This document shows, one piece after another, positions 51,855 to 64,000 of a DNA stretch of 64,000 nucleotides (position 1 is the first letter of the stretch; every line of letters begins with the position of its first letter). The notes beneath the pieces were generated by a model. The model was not told where the DNA came from and did not search any database. It saw only the letters and a list, made by a program, of their open reading frames with translations. The stretch is from Octopus vulgaris. Its lineage: Eukaryota. Made by a program: the position numbers and the translations under genes. The stretch spans positions 46,004,001 to 46,068,000 of the forward strand of contig OX597822.1 of NCBI GenBank assembly GCA_951406725.2, in the 5' to 3' direction.

Positions 51855-53348
51855 ACAGCAGTAGTAATAGTAACAGCAGTAGTAGTAGTAACAGCAGTAG
51901 TAGTAGTAGTAGTAGGAGTAACAGCAGCAATAATAATCTCTTAAGTAAGTCCAAATTTGTTGGGGGTGGGAGCAAGAGAAAGTAGGGGAGAGAGAGAGAG
52001 AGAGAGAGAAAGGTGGGGGGATACAAACTGCAGTCCAAGATAATGAATGCTATAGAATTTTGCCATAGATGGCTGGCTTCTGAAAGAGTCAACAGAAAAT
52101 GCAGCCACCATAGCTGAGTAGCTGGGGTGAGGGGGAGAGGAGGAGGGGGACGAGCAGGTACAACTTCACACCTCAGAATATATATACTAACAGATATTAG
52201 ATGTAATGTGATGTGCAGGCATGGAGAAGGTCAGGAACAAGAAGACAGACCACACACACTCACATACAAACGTAGATGTATTTATATACATATTTAGACA
52301 GCCACAGATTATGCACATACTTTTTGACAAACATAAACAAGCACACAGACACATACAAGAAACACACAAACTAATATATATATATATATACAGACAATAG
52401 GTGAGAGGTGGATATGTTCATTATAGAAAACATGTACTAGTGCTCATAGGATTTCAACTTAACCCTTTCATTACCGTATTTATTTCGAGATGCTCTGCGT
52501 TTCTTTCAATTATTTTCAATATTACAAAGAATTTAGTAAAATAACTTAGTTATCATTCAGCTAGTGTTAGGAATATAAATTGTGACTAAGGTTTTGTGGA
52601 AGATTTTTATTCAAAACTTATGAAAACAAGACATTTGTACTACAGAGCCAGGTTGGTAAAGCAAAGGTTAAACTTTGAATTCTTCAGCCAGGACTAGGTC
52701 CATGGTATCAGGAGTGGCTATAAAACTATAAGAGAAATCAAGGCAAACTTGATCACTATCTCCATAGATGTATATATATATATATATATATATACATACA
52801 CACACACAGATACATATTTATATATGTTTGTATGTATGTATATATATACATACACACACACACATACACACATATGCACAAAGAAACTTTACAATTAGCA
52901 GTTTAATTAAACACACTGCAACCTGACAAGTCTAATAAGCAAACATATAAAGATACACATTATTTCATTGTGTGTGTGTGTGTGTGTATAAACATATATT
53001 ATATCTGTACATCTTCATGCAGATCCTGACAGGAAAAGAACACATAGCCATCCCTAACATACAAACACAGTTGCGTTCATACAGATATTCAAACCCACAC
53101 ATTTTATAGGTAAATATAGCAGATTTAAAACAGATAGACAATAGTCATTCCAGCACCCACCCACATGCATTATACCTGTATCTATATATACATCTCTCCC
53201 TCCATATACATACATGATATATATATATATATATATATCTTTCTCCATCTATATATGTATCTCATTGTGTTTGTGTGTGTGTATATATACACACACACAC
53301 ACACACATATATATAGCTATCTATCTTTCTCCATCTACATATAGCCCA

Positions 53349-53392
<44 letters not shown>

Positions 53393-53832
53393 TGTGTGTG
53401 TGTGTGTTTGTGTGCATAATAGATGAGTGAACAAGAGTGAGATGCATAGGAAAGCTTAACACAGAAATGCATACAGATACTTTAACAGACAGATACACAC
53501 AAGCAAACACATGCACACACACACACAAAACATTAAGCTTAACAGAAAACAATCCAAGGTCCCCTCTCTTCCCTCTCCCTCTCTCCCCACCTCCCTCCAG
53601 CTTCTTCAACCAGCTAAATATGCCACACAGGTTCAGTTAACAACGACACCGCCTCCTCCACCATCATCACCACCACCACCACCACCACCACCACCACGAC
53701 ACCGCCTCCTCCACCATCATCACCACCACCACCACCACCACCACCACTACTACTACTAGCAGAAGACTTATATCAATTTAGGCTTTGATACAATTTCTTC
53801 ACACAACCAGAGCAAGGTGACCCAGATCTAGT

Positions 53833-53877
<45 letters not shown>

Positions 53878-54970
53878 CAGCAGCAGCAATGGCAGATGCA
53901 CCATTACTATTTTTAACATCACCACCAACATCATCACCAGTTTGCTTTGGTTACACTTTAAATGCACTTTGGAAAGGCATAAATAAGCTTCACAGTAGCC
54001 TCTTCCACCTCCTCCCCCGCCGCCCCACCAACAACACCCACTGCAATCGGTGACTGCCTGCCCAGTCTCATCAATACCTCGACTGATATTAGTGAGCAGA
54101 AAACCCCTTGAAAATTACCAAAAAGGAACAGTTAATACTGTTGCTGCTGCTGCTGTTGTTGCTCCTACTACTACTGCTAAATAATAACAATAATAATATT
54201 TATAGTACTACCACATGAACTACAACAGAGAACTCCCACACACAAATTACTAAAGTCCCTTCTCTCTCTCTCTCTCTCTCTCTCTTTCATTTAATAGAGA
54301 TCTTTATAAATCAACAGCTAAATAGTGTGCATAAATGTGGCAATATTGTTTGGCTGTGCCCGAGGTCAACTTTGCCTTTCATCCTTTTGGGGTTGATAAA
54401 TTAAGTACCAGTTGCATAGTAGGGTCAATGTAATCGACTGGCCCCCTCCCCAAAGATTTCAGGCCTTGTGCCTAGAGTGGAAAAGAATATTGTCTGGCTG
54501 TGTAAATATAAGCAAATTGTGTGAGGAGAGAGGCATACAAAGAGGCACACACACACACACACACATTCCTTTATAAATCTATTGGCACGATCCTGATATA
54601 GGTGCTGAGTCTGGGGCCAACACAACCCTTGAAAGGATGGTGAGATGTTCACTGTTAATTGCCATATTTTCCAGTGTACGGGTTGAATTTTTCTGACCAA
54701 AATTTATAGCCGAAAAAGATAGCTCAACTTATATACCAAGATGACTTTGGACGACCAATGATTCTACGTGGAATGCAGCAGGATTTGAAACAACAGAGGC
54801 AATGATTGAATGTTTACACTATAAACTAGGTTGACTTGTATGCAGGAAAACAACATGGACAGGATGGTAACCGCAGAGGATCAACCTTGTGGTAGAAAGG
54901 GCAAGGGTGGAAAACCTGATAGAAGTGACAAGAAGAGGAATGAGGCAGGAGGGGCCAAGTAGAGACAGGA

Positions 54971-55623
54971 CAGTGGTTCCCAAACTTTTTCAGGCTGCTG
55001 CCTGCTTGACACCCAGGCCACCACATTCCTAGCAGCCCCACCCCAACTAACCATCACAAAGTAGACCTCTTTCTGAAGTAAATTCAAAGCAACTGTATTT
55101 CACAAATAAAACTTAACCTAATGAACACATTATTACCTCTGCCTTAGGAAGTATTGTTTTCAGTCATGCTTGTTTGTTTGTCCATGGACAACATATCTCA
55201 AGAACCGCTGGATGGATTTGGATGAAACTCTCAGGGATGTTTGGCCTCGTGACTGATACAAACTGATTAGATTTTGAGATCGATCAAATACCAGACAAGG
55301 ATTCTGGATTATTTTTCCTGTTTTTAACTCAATTTTTGAGAGCCGTTGGATTCATTTTTAGTATTAGCAATTGAGTTTATTTCAGATATTCTCATTTTAA
55401 AACTCATCTCTGGCTAATCGTTGAGAGGTTGGTGTTGCCTTGGTGGAGGTTCATGCTCTCTGAGCGCTCTTGTTTTGTTTGTTTTTACAGGAATCTACTA
55501 CCCTATTATTGCCCCACATGTTACATGAATCACCTCCCATCATCGCCCTACTTTTCTTCAACGACCCCTTGGAACTTTCCACTGCCCCCAGGGGAGCAAT
55601 ACCACCCACTTTGGGAACGACTG
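54971..55623. mobile_element. hAT MITE with a nested Helentron/HINE-like insertion at about 55130-55471
   Basis: TIRs cagtggttcccaaa / tttgggaacgactg with a degenerate 8-bp duplication agacagga/atatagga. The insert has subterminal inverted repeats cctctgcc / ggtggagg and a 3' hairpin gctc..gagc. Confidence 0.7.
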
Positions 55624-55734
55624 ATATAGGATCTAAACAGTAGAGAGAAGACACTGCAGTAGAGATACAAAAAGGAGAGAAATAATATTGTTACAGTTTG
55701 CTGGTGAATGACATCATGGCATTCAAGTTGGTTG

Positions 55735-56036
55735 TGGAGGCACATGGCCTAGTGGTTAGAGCAGCGGACTTGCAGTCGAGGGATCACGGGTTCGAATCTC
55801 AGACCAGGTGATGTGTGTGTTTATGAGTAAAAACACCTAAGCTCCACGCGCCTTGGCAGAAGGTAATGGCGAACTTCTGCTGACTCTTTCGCAACAACTT
55901 TCTCTCACTCTTTCCTCCTGCATCTTGCAGCTCACCTGCGATGGACCAGCGTCCCATCGAGGTGGGGAACCTATATGCCAAGGAAACCGGGAAACCAGCC
56001 CTTATGAGCCAAGCATGGCTTGAGAAGGAACAAACA
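55735..56036 (+). mobile_element. tRNA-derived SINE, further family
   Basis: A box TGGCCTAGTGG and B box GGTTCGAATC, followed by a body shared with about 21390-21675, 30690-31052, 34005-34308 and 62350-62665 (all minus). Confidence 0.75.
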
Positions 56037-57251
56037 ATTCAAGTTGGTTAACCTTTCTTTGAATGTGGTTTAACCCAAGGGTCCTCCACACCTGACTGCA
56101 GACCAGCACTAGGCTACACAGAAACAATAAATTTTAAAAGGCGATGAGCTGCCAGAAACATTAGCGCGCTGGGCAAAATGCTTAGCAGTATTTCATCTGT
56201 CTTTACGTTCTGAGTTCAAATTCTGCCGAGGTCGACTTTGCCTTTAATCCTTTCGGGGTTGAGAGATTAAGTACCATTTAATCAACTTAATCCCTTTGTC
56301 TTTCTTTGTTTGCCCCCTCTATGTTTAGCCCTTTGTGGGCAATAAAGAAATAAGAAACAATAAATTTTTAAACTTTATTTCTATTGTATTTATTACTTGC
56401 ATTATACATGTATTATGTATGCAATAATAGATTCACATATTGTGCACTTAGTGTTTTGTTTTACATCTGATCCCTTGGCCTGTGGAAAAAATGCCTGTGG
56501 TGCAAAAAAAAAAATAGGTATGACCCACCAGTTTAATCCTCCCACATGTAAACCAGTCATATCCAGTCCAAACATTCTACCTCTTTTAAGCTCAAACTCA
56601 CCAGATTTGGCTTCTTACATTTACCCTACAATGCCATTCTAAAAATGACATCATGGCATTCAATCGATTAACCTTTCTTCTTCCACAGTTCTGGCTAAAT
56701 TTCTTGTGAATGAATTTTGTACAGAAACTGTGAGGGAGAGGGAGAGAGAGAGGAAGAGAAAGAGAGAATTTGTGAGTGTGTGTTTGTCCTCCCACCACTT
56801 GAAAAGGAGTGTTTGTTTATGTCCCCACAATTTACCAGTTCAGCAGAACAAACTGTTAGAATATGTATCACATTGGAAATTAGCACTGAGATCAATTTGT
56901 ATGACTAATTCTAACAGTTTGTATGACTAAGAGTCATGCAGAAGCCCATCTCAAGTACACTTATATACATGAATGTAAACTTGGGATAGCAAGGGATGAA
57001 AACAGGCATGAATACCATACAAAATACTGATGTCCATATAACTGGGGAGGTATTCACAGCATGACTGAAACCAGGGAAAAAAGAGTAAAATAAACAGGTG
57101 TGGCTGTGTGTTAAGAAGCTTGCTTCCCGACCACATGGTTCAGGGTTCAGTCCCACTGCATGGCACCATGGGCAAGTATCTTCTACTATAGTCTCGGGCC
57201 GACCAAAGACTTGTGAATGGATTTGGTAGACGGAAACTGAAAGAAGCTTTT

Positions 57252-57403
57252 TTTTTTGTCAGGAGGGAGAGCAGTGCTAGTGACTCTTTAAAAGGATTCT
57301 GAGATTGGGTGGAGGCAAGGGGTGGAAGGGTGAGGAAGCTATCCTTAGACTGGAGATTTCACTGAAGTGCTTGCAAATAAAATATAGTATGTATGTATGT
57401 ATG

Positions 57404-57441
<38 letters not shown>

Positions 57442-57585
57442 CATACATACTATATTCTATTTGCAAGCACTTCAGTCAAATCTCCAGTCTAAGGATAGCT
57501 TCCTCACCCTTCCACCCCTTGCCTCCACCCAATCTCAGAATCCTTTTAAAGAGTCACTAGCACTGCTCTCCCTCCTGACAAAAAA
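57252..57585. repeat. Near-perfect 334-bp palindrome centred on (TATG)n(TA)n(CATA)n
   Basis: Arms of about 135 bp of non-repetitive sequence are reverse complements with two mismatches seen. Confidence 0.95.
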
Positions 57586-60289
57586 CAAGTTCTAAAATAT
57601 TTCATAACACACAAACATACTTTCCAGACATAAATAGTGCAGCTACAGGTATAGGTGTGGCAGTGTTGTTAAGAGGTTTGCTTCACAGTCACACGGTTTC
57701 AGGTTCAATCTCACTGCAAGGCACCTTGGGCGAATGTCTTCTACTATGGCCCCAGGTCAACCAAAGCCTTGTGAGTGGATTTGGGAAATGGAAACTAAAA
57801 GATGCCCTGTGTATATGTGTGTGTGTGCATGTGTATATGTATGTATGTATATATATATATGGCACGTAAAAAGCACCATCCGTTCATGTCCGTTGCCAGC
57901 CTCGCCTGGCCCCCATGCCAGTGGCACATAAAAAGCACCATCCGTTCGTGGCCGTTTGCCAGCTCTGTCTGGCACCTGTGCGGGTGGCACGTAAAAAGCA
58001 CCCACTACACTCACGGAGTTGGTTGGCGTTAGGAAGGGCATCCAGCCGTAGAAACACTGCCAGATCTGACTGGGCCTGATGAAGCCTTCTGGCTTCACAG
58101 ACCCCAGTTGAACCGTCCAACCCATGCTAGCATGGAAAACGGATGCTAAACGATGATGATGATGATGATATATTTGCATATATGTATGTATGTATCATCA
58201 TCATCACTTAGCGTTCATTGTCCATGCTGTCATGGGTTGGATGGTTTGATCAGGGCTGGCAAGCTGGAAGGCTGCACTAGGCTCCAGCCTGATTTGGCAT
58301 GGGCTTTTTATGGCCGAATGCCCTTCCTAATGCCAACCACTCCGAGAGTGTAATGGGTGCTTTTACATGCCACCGGCATGTATGTATGTATATTTGTATG
58401 TATGTACATGTGTATGTATGTATGTATGTATGTATGTAGAGGTATGTGCATGTGTGTACATGAGTGCGTGTATGTATTTGTGTGTCCTTGTCTTAACATC
58501 ATGTGACTGTTGCAAATGAATGTTATTCATTTCCAATATTTTGTAAAAACATATCTGGCCAAAAGGAGGTATTACCATATTTGGAAAAAAGGGAGGGCTG
58601 GTGACCAGATGGGCATCTGGCTGTACAAAATCTACCTCAATAAACTTTGACCCATGCAAACAGAGTAAAGTGGACATTAAAACAATGATGATGATGATGA
58701 CAGGTACAGCATAACACATGCAAATTAAATACATGTGAACATATACCCATCCACCTAAGCACATATCAGAACATACATGTACATTTCATGGACCCACACC
58801 TGTAGACACCAACAAACACATACACAAACACAAACCTATATATTCCAATACACACACACCTGTATATGCTAGTTCACACACACACACACACACACATCCA
58901 CTCACCCACAGCAATTGTCAAAAAGAAGACATCTTTGGATTTTCTTGACTTCATTAAAACTGTTGTGTGTGTGTGTGTGTGAGTATGTATGCTGTGTAGG
59001 CATGTCAATGTGTAACATACACACACACACACACACACACACAGAAACACATACATACATGATAATCAACAAAAACGATGTTAGGTCCATAAGACTAGAA
59101 TAGGTTCACAAAACAGATGGAATGATAGTAAATGGGTGGAGGGAGGGAGTTAATGGGGAGGAGGGTTATGCAGTAGTAACAGATGTGGTGGTGGTGGTGA
59201 TGATGATAGTACAGTGGTGATAATGGTTGGTATAGTAATGATGCAGTGATGGTAGTAGTAGTAGTAGTAGTAATATAGTGGTGATGCAGTGATGGTGGTG
59301 ATTGAAGTAGTAGTGATGGTGTAGTATGGGGGTGGGGCTAATGGTAGTGGTATAGAAATGGTTAAGGCAATATCAAAAATAGTAATACCAAATAATAGTA
59401 AAGGTGGCGGTGGTAGTAGTAATAGTAGAATAAGAGTAGTGGTGATTGAGGTAATAATAGTATAACCAGCTGCAACAGTAGTAGTAGTAGTAGTAGTTGT
59501 AGTAGTAGTAGTAGGGGTGACGTGGAAGTGGTGGTGGTGGTAGTAGTAGTAGTAGTAGTGGGGGTGAGGTGGTGGTGGTGGTAGTAGTAGTAATAGTAGT
59601 AGTAGTAATGGCAGTGGTGGTGGTGGTGGTAAGAAGAGCTAGCAAGAATGACATGCATACATCCACAAACATAGACATAACAGATATACATAAGCACCTA
59701 AACACACACATACACACAATCAGCTGTGTAGAGATATAAACACACTCACACACACACACACACCAGTGGAGAGAAGGCAGTTGTTAGTGATGTGTTTGAA
59801 ATGCATTAGCAAGCTGCAGCCAAGTGTTGGCAACTGGAATAGGTTGGTTGTGTGTTAATAAACACAGGTAAACCACTGCATGGTAGCAGTGAGAGGAGGG
59901 TGCGTAAATGCACATGTGTGTGTAGTTGTAAGAGTAGGAGGAAGAGGAAGGAGAAGAAGTGAAGGGGGAAGGGCTGTTGAAGAGCGATGCACCAGGAGGA
60001 GGTAAAGCATGTCAGAGGGGAGAAAAGACCCGGACACCACCCCTTCTAAACATGACCAGATACACCCATGTACACCAGACCACACATACACACACAGAGG
60101 TACACCTGAGTATATACATGTGCATTTACTCAATCATACACACATGAGCCTCAACCATACATACATACATGTACACTTAATCATAAACATATTTGTACAC
60201 CTGACTAAGCCCATACACATGCACACCTTGCCACGTATACACACATACACACAAACACAATCATATACCTACCGATACACATATGTACA

Positions 60290-60730
60290 CCCAGTCAGAA
60301 GCACACACAGTTACATACACCCAACTAAATATACACACACACATTTATGTACACCCGACTATATATATATATACACACACATTTGCATACATCTGACTAT
60401 ACACACACACACACATTTTAACATACACCCACATACACCCGACTATATATACATACACACACATTTACATACCCCGACTATATATATATATATATACACA
60501 CACACACATTTACACACACCCGACTATATATATACACACACATTTACACACACCCGACTATATATACACACACACATTTACATACACCCGACTATATATA
60601 CACACATACATTTACAAACACCTGACTATATATAAACACGCATTTACATACACCCGATACATATTTACATACACCCGATTACACACACATACATACACAC
60701 TACATGTGTACCCGACTATATAGACACACA
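60290..60730. repeat. Minisatellite with variable unit acacccgac(ta)n(ca)n-tttac
   Basis: About a dozen recurrences of the cccgactat core separated by variable dinucleotide runs. Confidence 0.85.
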
Positions 60731-63700
60731 TTACATGTCGTACCACATATACACATGACCATGAGCATACCTAACTGCAGCTACGTACATGTACACCCAA
60801 CCATGCGTACATACATAAATACATTCAGCAACAGATAACACACTATGTACACCTACTTGACCCACGCATACATATACATACAAGCATGCAAGAAAAATGA
60901 GAACATGCACAAACACATACACTAGCACACATGTATCTATAAAGATACACACACATGTATGTATGTGTGTGTGTGTGTGTGTATACATCCATAGGAGCAA
61001 GGAAAAGTGGACATTAAAACGATGATGATGATGTTGATAATGATGTTGATGATGGTGGTATATACATATAGAGAAAACTAACACATTCACATAAGCATAT
61101 GTATAAACATGAACACACACACATACATGCACACATATGCACAAACACAACCAATTCCACCCTTTATTTCAGAACATGTAAAGGAAAAAAAATCAAACAA
61201 AAAAAACTTGGGTACTCAGCCAGACGTGATGAGAGAGAGAGAGAGGAAAGATGAGAGAGAGAGAGAGAAAGAGAGCGTTTGAAACATAGAGATTGAGGAA
61301 AAGATAAAAAGACTGAGACACAGAGAGAGAGAGTGAGAGAGAGAGAGAGGGAGGCAGAAGAGTTATTGATAGACAGAAACAGAGAGAGGAGGTAAAAGAG
61401 AGGCAGAAATAGGAGAGAGAGAGGTAAGCAGACAGAAAGACAAAGAGAGAGAGAGAGAGATAGGATGTGTTTGTCGTGTGCATAAGGAAAAAGAAGACAA
61501 CAAGAATGCATGTAGATAGTGCAGCTGCACCAGACAGAAATGGCTAAAGTGCATGTAGCATGATAACAACAGAGATGAAGAGACATTCAAGTGCAGAAAT
61601 GTTAGCAACCTACATACGTGTATAAGAGTATGCATGCATATATATATATGTGTGTGTGTGTGTAAATATACAAACATATACATTCATACACACACAAACA
61701 CACATGTATACATGTACAAACACAGGCATACACCAAAACATGACTTGCACCATGGGAACATACAGAGGTGCAGCAGTTTATCAGCAGTGACAGAAACTGC
61801 ATCTGACTGCACAGATTGAGTGTGAGTGGGGAGAGGAAGTAGGAGAAGGATTACAGTGTGTGCAAACTAGTGAGCATATGTATATATATATATATATATA
61901 TACATTGACAAACCTATACACTTATACATACATACATACGCACACATATTAACATTGTCGTTCCCCACCCCCACTCATGTAAGCATAGGCTAGGGGGAGG
62001 GCTTTTTTTGGGAGGCAGGATTTTACAGCTGGCGGCTCTTAGCGACACCATCCATTTATTCACCTTTCACAAAACAATGCACCTATTCTACCACACACAC
62101 CCATACACATGTATACATAAACATACATACATATACACATTTTATATATATATATACACACACACATACAAATATATGAATAAACACTCACACACATATA
62201 TATATACATATATATCATACACACATCCATATACCTTCATGCATATATAAACATATGCACACATATCTATACAGACACACACATAGATACACCCATAATT
62301 ACACACACATGCATATATATATATATATACACACACACACATATACGTGGCACTCCGTCAGTTATGACGACGAGGGTTCCAGTTGATCTGATCAACAGAA
62401 CAGCCTGCTCGTGAAATTAATGTGCAAGTGGCTGAGCACTCCACAGACACGTGACAAGGCTGGCCCCTCTGAAATACAGGTACAACAGAAACAAGAAAGA
62501 CAGGGTGAGAGAAAGTTGTGGTGAAAGAACACCGCAGGGTTGCCACCCTCATGGAGATTTAGGTGTTTTCACTCAATAAACACTCATAACGCCCGGTCTG
62601 GGAATCAAAACCGCGATCCTATTACTGCAAGTCCACTGCCCTAACCACTGGGCCATTGTGCTTCCTCATATATATACACATATGAATGCATGAATAAACA
62701 CACATACATGTATAAACATCCATATACCTTCATCCATATATATAAACACATGCATACATATCTATATACAGATGCACACATACACACACATCAGCATCAT
62801 TTAACATCAGGTTTCCCTGCTGGCATGGGTTGAATGGACCAGCATGCCTATATCATTTCTTAATCGGGGCCACTGCTTCCATAGACTGGTTCCCGAATGC
62901 CCTGACCTTCTTTATGCCGAACCCTTTATAGGGTGCACAGGGTGCAATTTCTTATGGCATCAAAAGTTGGAATAGTTCTCAGCAACAGAACTAAAGGGAC
63001 TTCACAGCTCTGTGCAAACGTATGCACACAAGCACCGTAAATGTGCATGTGTGTGTGACTGTGGTAAGAAGTTTGCTTCCTAACCACACGGTTCTGGGTT
63101 CAGTCCCACTGTGTGACACCTTGGGCAAGCGTCTTCTACTATACCCTCAGGCTGATCAAAGATTTGTGAGTGGATTTGGTAGATGGAAACTGAGAGAAGC
63201 CTGTTATGTTATATCCAAGTTTGTGAGTTTAGGTCTCCATAACAGAGCAATTCAGCAAAAGAGACTGATAAAATAAGTGCCAGTCTTGAAAAACAAAAAA
63301 GTAATAGGGTTGATTCATGCAATTAAAAATCTTTCAATGCAGTGCCCCAGCATGGCCACAGTTTAATAGCTGAAACAAGTAAAAGATAGAAGATACGAAT
63401 TCACATCCAACTACAAATCTACACGAGTGACACAAAACCATGTACACATACACCTACTGTCATCGTCAGAATAAATGTAGTTCTGTGTTGTTATTGCATG
63501 GACTAGAAATAGAAGCCACATTCCCCTCAAAATACATCCTATTATCTGAGAAAAGAAAGACACTGGATATTGTAGTCTAAGATATATAAAATGGTTGGAC
63601 GACTGATGGTGGGGTGAATTTGATCACAGGTTTGCAACATCACAACAATAATAATATGCTTTTATGTTATAGGCACAAGGCCTGAAATTTAGTTGAGGAG

Positions 63701-64000
63701 ACTAGTTGATTACATTGATCCCCGGTGCCTAACTGGTACTAATTTCATCGACCCTGGAAGGATAAAAGGCAAAGTCAACCTCAGTGGAATTTGAACTCAG
63801 AACGAGCAGACGAAATACCGCTAAGCATTTCACCCGGAGTGCTAACGACTCTGCCAGCTCCACACCTTACACAACAATAATATCAATTACAATACATTCA
63901 CACACACACACACACCAATATCTATAAATACATACAAATACATGCCAAACAGAGGAACACACAGGAAAGCATGTAGGAGACACACACACACACACAGTGC

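Noticed and set aside
55735-55812. tRNA gene (also 11160-11236 and other A/B-box hits)
   Set aside because: The acceptor stem is not complete and each runs directly into a repeated SINE body, so they are SINE heads.
58906-58955. Possible TLK alternative first coding exon MKSRKSKDVFFLTIAV with gtgagt donor
   Set aside because: The donor is phase 1 for this frame while the next known exon is phase 0, and there is no TLK similarity.
60009-60635. 208-aa His/Thr/Tyr-rich ORF, the longest in the track
   Set aside because: It is a translation of a CA/TA-rich minisatellite with no domain or splice support.

Overview
AT-rich eukaryotic genomic DNA packed with microsatellites and SINEs. The repeat families resemble those of an octopus (coleoid cephalopod); this is inferred from repeat content only. 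The whole window lies inside one minus-strand gene, a Tousled-like kinase (TLK) orthologue. Seven internal coding exons (854 nt in total, all GT-AG, phases consistent) encode the Ser-rich linker and the coiled-coil region, ending just before the kinase domain. The first exons and the kinase exons are outside the window. Introns (about 99% of the window) hold several tRNA-derived SINE families, decayed RTE LINE, mariner and pogo/Tigger fragments, hAT-, piggyBac- and Tigger-type MITEs, non-autonomous Helitrons and two minisatellites. Most ORFs in the supplied track are microsatellite or SINE artefacts. Most notable observations: (1) at least eight hammerhead-ribozyme-like motifs from several unrelated repeat families, including a tRNA-headed SINE that carries a minimal hammerhead and one apparently intact core at 751-833; (2) a near-perfect 334-bp palindrome with a (TA)n centre; (3) candidate alternative or poison exons of TLK; (4) a 37-bp tandem hairpin array upstream of an exon.
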